DNA of 32,000 bases from Nitrosopumilus sp. (GTDB lineage: Archaea > Thermoproteota > Nitrososphaeria > Nitrososphaerales > Nitrosopumilaceae): assembly GCA_029861345.1 (NCBI GenBank), contig JAOTZM010000002.1, positions 7,020 to 39,019 of the forward strand, given 5' to 3'. Shown in pieces: positions 8,647 through 17,034 of this stretch. The translations under genes and the position numbers were made by a program. Numbering within the stretch: position 1 is the stretch's first letter; every line of letters starts with the position of its first letter. Under the pieces are notes generated by a model. That model was not told the DNA's origin and did no database searches. It saw only the letters and a program-made list of their open reading frames with translations.

Positions 8647-9453
8647 TTGTCTGAATCCAATTCAACTATTTCAGAACGTCCACTAAGTGAGCTTTTACAA
8701 GACTCGCTTATATCAACTCCGTGTGTTAATGTAAGAAAAAATGCCAAAGTTCGAGTAGTAGCTGGAATGCTTGTTCAGTATTTAGAAACTTTTACTGATT
8801 CTGTTGTAGTACGAGATGGAGTTAAACCAATAGGAGTGATTGGAGGAAGGGAGATAATCCAAGGAGTATACAAAAACCCTTCTTCTGATTTTTTTGATAT
8901 GAAATTGGTTGAAGATATAGCAGATAGTAGACTCAATATTATCACACCCGATACAAGCATCAAAGAATTAATTTCACTTTGGAGGGGAGTAGGTAGAGCA
9001 TTTACTCTAATCAATATGGGAAATGATGACTATTCTGTAATTTCTGTAAAAAAACTGTTAGAAATAGGAATCAACAATGATTTTGAGTTTTATATTTCTG
9101 AAATTCCTAAAAAGAAAATTGTAACATTTGGGCAAGATGCTACTTTTGGTGATATTATGAAGCTGATGTTAGAAAATAAAACTCGAAAGATACTGTTTGA
9201 AGGAACAAATCAGTTCATCAATGACCGAATCATTATTGAAACGATTGAAAATTCTGATTATCTTCTAAGTACTGAAAATTTTTTAGATATTCCTGTAAGT
9301 GTTGCACCTCTAGAAGAAGCCAAGGTAGTTTCAGAGGACTTGAGCCTCTCAGATATTTCAAAAATAATGTATGAAATGTCTCAACCATTGATAATCCATG
9401 AAGATCGAGTTATTAGTCCATGGGATATCTGCATAGCTTTAGGAAAAAACTAG
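8647..9453 (+). CDS. CBS-domain protein (about four CBS-like motifs), TTG start
   Basis: Repeated CBS-like segments (VVVRDGVKPIGVIGGREIIQ; AFTLINMGNDDYSVISVKKLLE; ...ILFEGTNQFINDRIIIETI; PLIIHEDRVISPWDICIAL). The ORF starts at TTG 8647, and the first in-frame ATG is 40 codons in. Confidence 0.5.
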   Translation: MSESNSTISERPLSELLQDSLISTPCVNVRKNAKVRVVAGMLVQYLETFTDSVVVRDGVKPIGVIGGREIIQGVYKNPSSDFFDMKLVEDIADSRLNIITPDTSIKELISLWRGVGRAFTLINMGNDDYSVISVKKLLEIGINNDFEFYISEIPKKKIVTFGQDATFGDIMKLMLENKTRKILFEGTNQFINDRIIIETIENSDYLLSTENFLDIPVSVAPLEEAKVVSEDLSLSDISKIMYEMSQPLIIHEDRVISPWDICIALGKN

Positions 9454-9870
9454 TGAAGAGATTTAAAATAATTCAGACAGATGGATATCAAATCCTTAGA
9501 AAAAATGAAACTTGTTTTGATACAAAAATGACTTCTAGAAATTAGTTTTGGGCGGCATTTATACCCATATGATTTTGTAACAAACATCACCGTACACATT
9601 AAGACAATGAGAGAAAATCAATACAAGTGCCAACAAACTAGCAGGTCCAAAAATGAAAAAATAGGTTCGCGTTCTCATATTTCTTAATTGATTAAAAATA
9701 TCCACAATGCTAAATTTGAACAACAAATAATATTCCTTTGTACAGAGGACTCTAGTAGATTGTTCATTTTATTCTCTGGACCACTAAAAGACGTTAAAAA
9801 ACTAATCTATTAGAAATACAAACTAATCTCAAATATTTTTAAATTTACAATATTGTGCACATGGTGTTAA

Positions 9871-10269
9871 TTAATTAGCAGAATTTACAAAATCTACAAT
9901 AGACATTATTTTTCCCATTTCTACTAAATGTCCATAGCTCTTTTTCTTTGAGGCACTTATTGGAGCATTATCTACACTGATAAACAAAATATGGTTGTTA
10001 TTTAATGGAATAGTAATTCGTTTTATCTTTTCATATGCTGCAATTACATAAAGTCCCCTTCCAACTATATCTGTGATTTTTGAACGTTCATTCCATGCAC
10101 TTAATGCTCTTTGAAGTGTCTTTTTTGTATCTGCAATGGACACCATATTTTTTACATTGTTACGTTTTGTATTCCATAGAATTTCTCCATTTTTATCGCA
10201 TATTGCTGCAAATCGTATATCGCTATTAAAATCCATTAACATGTTCAATAATTTCTCATATTTTTCCAA
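9871..10269 (-). CDS. Roadblock/LC7(MglB)-like small protein, paralogue A
   Basis: The pattern IRFAAICDKNGEILW ... GRGLYVIAAYEKIKRITIPLNNNHILFISVD fits the Roadblock/LC7 alpha-beta-beta pattern. It is alignable to the 10810-11205 product. Confidence 0.45.
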   Translation of the reverse strand: MEKYEKLLNMLMDFNSDIRFAAICDKNGEILWNTKRNNVKNMVSIADTKKTLQRALSAWNERSKITDIVGRGLYVIAAYEKIKRITIPLNNNHILFISVDNAPISASKKKSYGHLVEMGKIMSIVDFVNSAN

Positions 10270-10442
10270 ATTTTATTCCGCTGACATCTATATCTAAATA
10301 CTTTATAATGTTTTTCAAAAGTGATTATTACTAGGGTTTTGATTGGATCGCTAAAAATGTAATAAAAAATTTGTTTAGAATATTTTTTAAAAACTCTATT
10401 GAACCAATACAATTCATTGTTTTTATAGAATATTCAAGTAAA

Positions 10443-10709
10443 CTATGATTTGAGATTTTCTACATACCATCTTTCAACTGATTCTATACATTTCTCATAC
10501 GACACTTTTTCCTTTAACTTGTCAACATCCCCATAATTATTCTTACAATAATTTAATACTGCATGATAAGTTTGTTGTAGATACTGTGACTCATCGGTGG
10601 GAATGTCTCTACCCATTGGAAAATTATCTGAGACAGCACTATTTACAATAAATACTGTTGTCAATGACAAAGGTAAACTGATTGCAAATACAACAAAAAT
10701 TGGTTTCAT
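10443..10709 (-). CDS. small exported protein (88 aa)
   Basis: N-terminal signal-like segment MKPIFVVFAISLPLSLTTVFIVNSA. The mature part carries 2 Cys. No family recognised. Confidence 0.5.
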   Translation of the reverse strand: MKPIFVVFAISLPLSLTTVFIVNSAVSDNFPMGRDIPTDESQYLQQTYHAVLNYCKNNYGDVDKLKEKVSYEKCIESVERWYVENLKS

Positions 10710-10776
10710 GTTCCTATTACATCAATATCGGTAAAATAGGCTCTCACCTTACTGTATAGATGAGTAAACTCCTTTG

Positions 10777-10784
10777 TTAAATAA
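10777..10784 (+). promoter_or_regulatory. TATA-like box (TTAAATAA) about 27-30 nt upstream of ATG 10810
   Basis: The sequence and its spacing to the start codon were read directly. This matches archaeal TATA geometry (box centred about -26/-27 from the TSS). Confidence 0.35.
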
Positions 10785-10809
10785 TTGCACAATCATATTC
10801 TAGTATCCA

Positions 10810-11205
10810 ATGTTAGATAAGGAATTTCCAATTGAAGAGATTAAAAGAAATATGAATAATATTTTATCAGAGCCTGAAATTCGATTTTGTGGTTTGATTG
10901 ATAGTTCGGGTCAATTAATTATTGGGGACTTTAAGAAGAACATAATTCCTTTTGAAACGGATAAAAGAAGGAGACAGATGTTTCAGGAACTAGCACATAG
11001 AGTAGCAAACAGAAAAGGATTTGATGCTAATTTAGGCAGAGTAAAATATTCTTCTTCAAGAAGAGAAAAAGTGGTGATGATGAGCTTTCCTATTGGGAGA
11101 TATATTATAATGGTCACTGCTGAACCTGGTGTTAACATAGACAGACTGGCTTGGAAAATAATCTACAAACTAGGAAAACAATGGTCTGAATTTCAAGGAC
11201 TCTAA
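10810..11205 (+). CDS. Roadblock/LC7(MglB)-like small protein, paralogue B
   Basis: IRFCGLIDSSGQLIIG ... LGRVKYSSSRREKVVMMSFPIGRYIIMVTAE aligns with paralogue A (IRF..I D..G.i; GR..Y.....K......P....I....). Confidence 0.45.
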   Translation: MLDKEFPIEEIKRNMNNILSEPEIRFCGLIDSSGQLIIGDFKKNIIPFETDKRRRQMFQELAHRVANRKGFDANLGRVKYSSSRREKVVMMSFPIGRYIIMVTAEPGVNIDRLAWKIIYKLGKQWSEFQGL

Positions 11206-11352
11206 AATTTCATAACATCATATATAATAACAAAATTTGTCACAGTAATTTAAGATAATTATGTCCAATTAGTCATCTTCCACTCATTTGAAACAATCTA
11301 TAGAAAAAGAAAAGGTAAAAAATATTTTAACTTGCTCAATGCATGAGATCTT

Positions 11353-11826
11353 GTGACAAAACCAATACCTGACGGATTTCACACTGTAACTCCATCAATT
11401 GTTCTAAGCAACTCTAAAGAAGCCATCGAATTTTACAAAAAAGCCTTTAATGCAAAAGAGATCTATCAGATGCCAACACCAGATGGTAAGATAATGCATG
11501 CCATGATCCAGATTGGAGACTCTTTTGTTATGATGTCAGATGAATTTCCAGCGATGGGAACTCATTCCCCCAATACAGTAGAGGGTACATCTACTACAAT
11601 TCACCTGTATGTAGATAATGCAGATAATATTTACAATCAGGCAGTACAAGCAGGTGCCAAACCAACAATGCCTATGATGGATGCATTTTGGGGTGACCGA
11701 TTTGGTACTATTCAGGATCCATTTGGACATTCGTGGTCAATTTCTACTCATCAAAAAGACATGTCATCTGAAGAAATACGTAAAGCTGCTGAAGAATTCA
11801 TGTCAAAACAACACGGTTCACAGTAA
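11353..11826 (+). CDS. VOC (glyoxalase/bleomycin-resistance) family protein, PhnB-like; GTG start
   Basis: HTVTPSIVLSNSKEAIEFYKKAFNA ... IMHAMIQIGDSFVMMSDEFP ... FWGDRFGTIQDPFGHSWSIST is the typical PhnB-like VOC pattern. Confidence 0.8.
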   Translation: MTKPIPDGFHTVTPSIVLSNSKEAIEFYKKAFNAKEIYQMPTPDGKIMHAMIQIGDSFVMMSDEFPAMGTHSPNTVEGTSTTIHLYVDNADNIYNQAVQAGAKPTMPMMDAFWGDRFGTIQDPFGHSWSISTHQKDMSSEEIRKAAEEFMSKQHGSQ

Positions 11827-12277
11827 CAGTTTTCCCTTTTTTTAGTTTAACACTAATCCTAAGTCCCTAGTCCGTTAGATAAATTCTCAACAGAATAGGT
11901 ATAGCAAATAGTTATGCCATAATATTTTACACGCAGAGAGAAACAAAATCAAGAGAATAGTCAATAAAGGAACCTAGAAAAAAATCAGTCATCTTTTTTC
12001 TTCTTCAATTCAGGATTTATAAAATTCCCATATATGTAATACCATGGTTCCATGTTGACATCATCCAAATTTTTTTTAATTGCATCAGAATGTAATGATA
12101 AATCAGAGAGTTCATGGCCATCCTTTTTAGCATCAATATCATTGCTTTTTGTATCTTTTTCCAAGACTTAACTAGAACACGATTTTAGATAAACTTGATC
12201 CTTTGTCTAGATAACGGCTAAAACCTCTGACTTGATTTCACAGCATTGTAAAAGTTGGCATATGTTTTACACTAAAA

Positions 12278-12961
12278 TCATCTCCGGTGCATCGTATATA
12301 CAGGGTATGAATGCTTGAAGCCAAGTGAATATCCCTTTATTTCTTTGAATTTGTAATCATCAAATTTGCGTACCATAGAATATAGATCACCACCAATAAC
12401 TGTGTTGTTTGTAGGAGCTGCATGATTTATTTTTGAGCACATGTTTACTGGAGGTCCAATCATGTCCAGAGATGCAGAATTGTTTGATTTCATCAAAACA
12501 ACTGAACCATAATCAGCACTGATACGATAATCAACACGCGGAAGATCCTTTTGATTTAATATTTTACATAGAGTATCATGATATTCAGTCATGGCAAGAC
12601 TACACTCAAGACAAGACATGAATCCATAGATCCTGTTGGCTTTTGATGACTCTGGGTAGTAAACAAGACAGTCGCCAACATTTTTTATCACAAAACCTCC
12701 AAACCTGCTCAGAATTTTTGACATGGAATTTAGAAATATTTGATAGTATTCTGAGATCTTTCCATTACCAAGAGTTGCTGCAATCTTTGTCGAATTTACC
12801 ATGTCTACTAATCCGACACAGTAATTTTGGGTGTTTCCAGAAAAGGCAACTAAATAGTCTGAGGAATTCATGTTTGGTTTTAGAGCATTGTCACTCTCAC
12901 TTGCCAATGAATAGTTTTCACTATCACTAAGATTATTTCTCGAATTTACCATAAATCCCAC
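12278..12961 (-). CDS. standalone class III adenylate/guanylate-cyclase-like nucleotide cyclase domain protein
   Basis: Cyclase blocks: VGLVDMVNST (first metal Asp, D53), FVIKNVGDCLVYY (second metal Asp, D97), RISADYGSVVL, and GPPVNMCSKI (transition-state Asn N173, with Lys at the usual Arg position). A Ser/Asn-rich leader of about 40 aa is the only extra sequence, and there are no regulatory domains. Confidence 0.7.
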   Translation of the reverse strand: MGFMVNSRNNLSDSENYSLASESDNALKPNMNSSDYLVAFSGNTQNYCVGLVDMVNSTKIAATLGNGKISEYYQIFLNSMSKILSRFGGFVIKNVGDCLVYYPESSKANRIYGFMSCLECSLAMTEYHDTLCKILNQKDLPRVDYRISADYGSVVLMKSNNSASLDMIGPPVNMCSKINHAAPTNNTVIGGDLYSMVRKFDDYKFKEIKGYSLGFKHSYPVYTMHRR

Positions 12962-13589
12962 TATAAAAATAACATAAACAAATTAAAATATATTCCTATG
13001 TCCACATAGTATTATCATATGAAATATCTAAAGATATGAAAATTTAGTACCACGTAAACAAATCACCTCAGATCTTCACTAAATAGAATCAGAATACCGT
13101 AATAGTATAGTATTTTGTCTCATCTGCCAAATTAGATACAAATTATAATTAAATTGGATAAAATTTAGGAAAATCATTACACGCCAAAAAGCCATTCTAG
13201 TTAATAGTGTAAAAAATATGATATATCCTTTGAAAGTGGTTTTTATGAAACGCATCATGTTGGAGATGATAAAAAAGTGATGATGCAAAAACAAAAAAAC
13301 TGTGAGTTTTGCCAGCCTCATCACAGTAACAGTTCAACATATCTTGAATGCGAATGTCATTGTCACTGAGATAACTAATTAGAGAAAATATTGGTTTTTT
13401 AGATGTTTAATTTATCCTCTCATTTTAAAAAAGATTTTAGTAATAAAATATCATTCAAAGTTTTAATTTGATACAAATCGTCGTTGGGTTTTTTGAAGAA
13501 AATGAATAAATAAATTTCATGTTTTAAAGATATTAGAAAATAAGTTGAGTTTGTCGTAAAATTTTTGGTTTAGAGTGTATTTAAGAATC

Positions 13590-13596
13590 ATTTATT
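13590..13596 (+). promoter_or_regulatory. TATA-like box (ATTTATT) centred 27 nt upstream of ATG 13620
   Basis: Read directly. The spacing implies a leaderless or near-leaderless mRNA. Confidence 0.35.
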
Positions 13597-13619
13597 CACG
13601 ATAAAACTTACCATACTTT

Positions 13620-14639
13620 ATGAAATCTTCTTTCTATTTTTTATTGTTGTTTCTTGTATTTGTTACTATCTCACTAAATTTTGATAATGAATCATTTGGC
13701 TTAACTGAGATTAAAGAATCCAAGAATGTCAATTTTCCAGAAATTTGTGGTGATCAAATATGTGGCAATGTCTCAGAAATCAGAACAAGCCCTCTAAAAC
13801 AATACAAAATGGGAACTCCGTTGAATTTGATTCAATGTAATGATTTCTTTGAGCTTATTTTAAAACAACCAACCAGAAAACCTGCATGTGTACTTCCTGA
13901 TACTGCAATCAAATTGATTGGGCAAGGATGGGCGGTATCAAAAGAAGAGCAATCAAAAATCATGTCATCATTTTCTGAAGATAACCAGATACGGAATACA
14001 ATATCTAATACAGAATTAAGCATGACATCAAAAATTATCAATGGAGAACATTATCTTATTTTTGAAGGTAGTGGGTGGCATAACCTACACAATGTAGAAA
14101 TCACGTTTAGTAAAGATGGTGAGAAAATTACATCAATTAGAAGCAAGACAAATGACATTGGAGTATTACATATGCCTTGGTCTATTCCTAATAATATGCC
14201 AAATGACACATATCAAATTCATGTAACTGATGGAATACATCAAAAAGAAGTGACATTTCCAATATTAGGAAATCATATCAGATTCATGCCAACCTCATCT
14301 GATCTTAAAGTTGAAGTAAATGGAGAAAAACAAGTAAGGCGTGGAACTACTCACTCTATAGAAGTACAAGTAAGTAGAGATAGCAATCCAATTGGAGGAG
14401 CTAGAGTGGTTATTACTATAGAAGATTATGGGGAAAATATCATAAGAAAATTTGAAGGACATACAAATCAAGAAGGCTACTTTAAATTTTCTTGGGAAAT
14501 TCCAAAAAGTTTTGATGACATTGAAACACTGTTAGCTTTTGTTGATGTAACAGATGGTATATCATCAAAAACTAATCTATTCAAATTTCATGTATACTGT
14601 TTGCCAGGAGAAAAAAATTGTAAAGTTGAAGGAAATTAA
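13620..14639 (+). CDS. exported protein with N-terminal Cys modules and a C-terminal Ig/carboxypeptidase-regulatory-like beta domain
   Basis: Signal or anchor FYFLLLFLVFVTISL. It carries a CGDQIC motif and the module C-x16-ACVLPDTAIKLIGQGWA. The C-terminal GGARVVITIEDYGENIIRKFEGHTNQEGYFKFSWEIP resembles CarboxypepD_reg-like beta-sandwich repeats. Confidence 0.6.
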   Translation: MKSSFYFLLLFLVFVTISLNFDNESFGLTEIKESKNVNFPEICGDQICGNVSEIRTSPLKQYKMGTPLNLIQCNDFFELILKQPTRKPACVLPDTAIKLIGQGWAVSKEEQSKIMSSFSEDNQIRNTISNTELSMTSKIINGEHYLIFEGSGWHNLHNVEITFSKDGEKITSIRSKTNDIGVLHMPWSIPNNMPNDTYQIHVTDGIHQKEVTFPILGNHIRFMPTSSDLKVEVNGEKQVRRGTTHSIEVQVSRDSNPIGGARVVITIEDYGENIIRKFEGHTNQEGYFKFSWEIPKSFDDIETLLAFVDVTDGISSKTNLFKFHVYCLPGEKNCKVEGN

Positions 14640-14776
14640 ATTATGAAATTTTGTTTGTCCCAAATTTTTGAATTTTCATAATTTTATTTGCTATTAATTA
14701 TCTTATCAGGTTATTTGATAGGTACGATGATTTACAATCAGAGAGTAAATTAATTCAATGAGTATCTTTGTAATGT

Positions 14777-15163
14777 CTATGAGCCCATCATACCTACCAT
14801 CTTTGGCATCTCACGATATGCCTTGTTTACAAAGACATCATTATCAGCACTAATCATTACAAATTCCATTGGATTGTTAGGAGGGGGAGAAACTATGATT
14901 TTTTGCCCTGCTTTAATAGTCCCTAGGTCAAGTGTGTCTCCTGCTCCAAAGTTCACATGGACGTTAGTTAGTGTTTGAGAACCAGTATTTTGAATTGTCA
15001 CCCTCCCCATTACAAACAAACTTTGTTTGTCTAAGATTGGATCAACAAAAATATCATAATCTTGTGTGGATATGGATAATTTTAAAATATCTGCACCAAA
15101 AATGACAACCATTATAGCTATTGCTCCTATCCCCGTACCAATAATCACAGTATATTGATTCAC
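14777..15163 (-). CDS. membrane-anchored hypothetical protein (128 aa)
   Basis: N-terminal TM (VIIGTGIGAIAIMVVIFGA) followed by a beta-rich ectodomain. No family recognised. Confidence 0.5.
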   Translation of the reverse strand: MNQYTVIIGTGIGAIAIMVVIFGADILKLSISTQDYDIFVDPILDKQSLFVMGRVTIQNTGSQTLTNVHVNFGAGDTLDLGTIKAGQKIIVSPPPNNPMEFVMISADNDVFVNKAYREMPKMVGMMGS

Positions 15164-15197
15164 GGATAGTAAGTAGTTTTTATAATAATTAAGATTG

Positions 15198-15476
15198 TTA
15201 CTTTACTTTGACACCGTTCCAAAAGGCCACCATGCCCTTTATTTTCATGGCAGCGTCATTTGGTTCTGCATAGTACCAGGCACAATCTTTGTTAGTTTTC
15301 CCATTTACAGTTACTGAATAGTAGTTTGCCATACCTTTCCAACCACAGAATGTGTTAAAATCAGTCTTTTGAAAATACTCTTCTTTTATTGAATTAAATG
15401 GAAAGTAATGATTTCCTTCAACTACAACTGTATCATCACTTTCAGCAATTACCATATCATTCCAGATTGCTTGCAT
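15198..15476 (-). CDS. DUF427 domain protein
   Basis: VIAESDDTVVVEGNHYFP ... CGWKGMANYYSVTVNG ... AWYYAEP...AFW is the characteristic DUF427 pattern. Confidence 0.8.
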   Translation of the reverse strand: MQAIWNDMVIAESDDTVVVEGNHYFPFNSIKEEYFQKTDFNTFCGWKGMANYYSVTVNGKTNKDCAWYYAEPNDAAMKIKGMVAFWNGVKVK

Positions 15477-15600
15477 GATAACATTTCCAATATAGCCTAT
15501 TTAAAAAAATTCCCAAATAATCAGTCAATTACAAGGCGGTTCCAATATTCATTATTCCAGTAAAAAGGAAATTATCTTCAAAAGTATCATAGGAATTCAT

Positions 15601-17034
15601 TTACTCGCCTTTCATTTCTTCTCTGCTTCTAAATTCAGGCGTAATTCCAAGGGATTCATAGTTGCCTGAAGAGCATGTAAAACACATAGAGTCTTTTGGA
15701 ATTCCAACGGCGGCTGCAAGGTTTTCAGCATCATTGTATCCCAAAAAGTCTGCGCCAATGCTTTTTCTTACCATTTCAGTAATTTCTTCCTGAGTCATCT
15801 CTTTCCCATTTGAAAATGTTGCAAGTTCTTCTTGAGATGGAAAATCAATTCCAGCATAACATGGGAATTTGATTGGAGGGTACGTAATGACCATACTGAT
15901 TTTTTTTGCACCTGCTCGACGGAGTGCTTTAATGATTGCCTTTGAGCTTGTACCCCTAACTAGACTATCATCTATTACAACAACATGTTTTCCGTTAATT
16001 ATTTCTCTGATTGGAATTATCCATCTATTAATTTCAACTCTGTCAGTTTGATGCGGTTCAATGAAACTACGCAGTGGGCCTTTTTTGCTGTACCTGTCTT
16101 TGAGTAGACCCTCATCAAATGACACACCAAGTTCTTGAGCATATCCTAGTGCCGCAGGTCTTGCAGAATCAGGTACAGGTATTACTAAATCTGCATCTTT
16201 AATTGGAAATTTCTTTGCCAAAAATCTACCGATATTTTTTCTTGCAACATAGATGTTAGTTCCCTCCATGTTACTTGATGGATGAGCAAAGTAAGTAAAT
16301 TCAAAAGAGCAATGAGCACGTTCCGGATCATCAGAGAATCGTTCAGTCTCCAAGCCATTTCTGCTTAATCTTATTAACTCACCAGGATTTACATTTCGTT
16401 CCATTGTAGCTCCTACTGCAGATATTGCCGAAGATTCAGATGCAACAATGTAGGTATCATCTATTTCCTTATGACCTAAAACCATGGGTCGAAATCCTTT
16501 TGGATCACGGGCAGCGTAGACTGAATTGTCATCGGAGATAAATGTAAAGCAGTAAGAGCCAACCATCTCGTTTTTAAGAACCGAGAGTGCTTTTCCCATT
16601 TGACCCTTTTCAGATATTAGTGAAACCAGCCTTTGGGCTGCAACAAGTGTATCACTTGCATTTTGTGGAGTAAACGAACAGCCTCCAACTAGGTTTGATA
16701 GTTCCTGAACATTTGCAATGGTTCCATTATGGGCAACGCAGAGATCCTTTACTTTGAGAGGTTGTGCGTTTTCAAGTGAGCTTCTCCCCATTGTAGAATA
16801 ACGTACATGTCCTATTACTGCAGGAGAAGCATATTCTTCTGCAATTGTTTTGAATTCTGATGATGCTGCAGAAACTAATCCTAATCTTTTAAGGGGAGGT
16901 TTATTTGGAACTGCAAGACCCCATGCTTCTTGACCTCTGTGCTGAAGTGCTCTTAACGCATCAATTACCATAGGAACGACATTGGTTCCACTTATACTAT
17001 AAATTCCAACAACACCACAATTTTCCTTAACCAT
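15601..17034 (-). CDS. purF: amidophosphoribosyltransferase
   Basis: Short propeptide then the Ntn cysteine (MVKEN-CGVVGI). PRTase motif HVVVIDDSLVRGTS. C-terminal Cys cluster (MCFTCSSGNY). The start overlaps the purL stop by 8 nt. Confidence 0.95.
   Translation of the reverse strand: MVKENCGVVGIYSISGTNVVPMVIDALRALQHRGQEAWGLAVPNKPPLKRLGLVSAASSEFKTIAEEYASPAVIGHVRYSTMGRSSLENAQPLKVKDLCVAHNGTIANVQELSNLVGGCSFTPQNASDTLVAAQRLVSLISEKGQMGKALSVLKNEMVGSYCFTFISDDNSVYAARDPKGFRPMVLGHKEIDDTYIVASESSAISAVGATMERNVNPGELIRLSRNGLETERFSDDPERAHCSFEFTYFAHPSSNMEGTNIYVARKNIGRFLAKKFPIKDADLVIPVPDSARPAALGYAQELGVSFDEGLLKDRYSKKGPLRSFIEPHQTDRVEINRWIIPIREIINGKHVVVIDDSLVRGTSSKAIIKALRRAGAKKISMVITYPPIKFPCYAGIDFPSQEELATFSNGKEMTQEEITEMVRKSIGADFLGYNDAENLAAAVGIPKDSMCFTCSSGNYESLGITPEFRSREEMKGE

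Noticed and set aside
13079-13324. Hydrophobic 81-aa ORF upstream of the cyclase, considered as a small TM effector partner.
   Set aside because: It lies in a very AT-rich spacer where T-rich codons automatically yield Phe/Ile/Leu-rich pseudo-TM sequences. It has no ligand-binding domain and no plausible promoter spacing, so it is probably spurious.
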